DNA of 64,000 nucleotides from Camelus ferus (taxonomy: Eukaryota): assembly GCF_009834535.1 (NCBI RefSeq), contig NC_045696.1:9922001-9986000 (forward strand). The letters are read 5' to 3'. Shown here piece after piece: positions 63,516 through 64,000 of this stretch (positions within the stretch are counted from its first letter, which is position 1; each line of letters begins with the position of its first letter). The notes below the pieces were generated by a model. That model was not told where the DNA came from. It did no database searches and saw nothing but the letters and a program-made list of their open reading frames with translations. The translations under genes and the position numbers were made by a program.

Positions 63516-63797
63516 GACTTCTCGCACTGTGGCTCTCTGACTGTCCTTAGGAAGGAAGGTGTTTGCCACATCTAATGACCTTCAAGGAAGCTGGCAACCT
63601 GGCTGGGTGTCTTTTGAATGTCATCCCACTTACACATGTCACATTCTAAAATAACTCAGCAAAGGAATGTGGGTCCAAGGACATCCTGGGGGAACTTAGT
63701 TAAGATTCCATAATGGAACCAACAGTCCAGGTTTTCACATGAACCATTTTGATTATCTTTAGACTTCAAGTGATTTAAGTTCAAGCGCCCACTCCTC

Positions 63798-63978
63798 ACA
63801 GGCTCTCAAAAGGTGGTACCAGAGAGTCTGTATCAGAAACGCATGGGGCACTTGTTTAAAATAGGAAATTCCCAGCTCCCCTCGCCAAAGTCTACATCAG
63901 TGGGGTCTCCAGGGAGGGAATCCACATTTCCACAAGCTCTGCACAGCCTCTTCAGCCTGCTGGATTTGAGAGAGCCGA
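63798..63978. mobile_element. MER5-family hAT MITE
   Basis: ggctctcaaaaggtggt...cttgtttaaaatagg...tttgagag. Confidence 0.65.
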
Positions 63979-64000
63979 ACCTCTGCACACCAAGTGCCTA

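Noticed and set aside
1..64000. The many 60-170 aa ORFs in the supplied track as host protein-coding genes
   Set aside because: None resembles a cellular protein. Many start at GTG/TTG, overlap repeats or overlap each other on both strands. The recognisable ones are L1 remnants.

Overview
This is mammalian (placental) non-coding DNA, most likely camelid (alpaca, llama or camel). That call rests on two tRNA-Ala-derived SINEs of the camelid Vic-1 type and on artiodactyl-style young L1 3' ends. I find no supportable protein-coding exon, RNA gene or CRISPR/prokaryotic feature. The ORFs with recognisable protein similarity are LINE-1 ORF1/ORF2 remnants; the rest look like chance frames. Roughly half of the window is interspersed repeat: ancient MIR, L2, MaLR/ERVL solo LTRs, hAT and Tigger DNA transposons and L1M fragments, plus several younger L1 and SINE insertions with readable target-site duplications (TSDs). 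The most unusual object is a 2.9-kb minus-strand L1 at 46002-48882. It keeps its CpG-rich 5' promoter, 3' end and a perfect 15-bp TSD, but lacks almost all of ORF2 and part of ORF1 (half-L1 or spliced-L1-like architecture). Its promoter carries a perfect TCTCGCGAGA palindrome. Several repeat-free blocks have clustered transcription-factor motifs and are enhancer candidates. Repeat family names and boundaries come from recognising consensus sequences by eye and are approximate, except where TSDs fix them.
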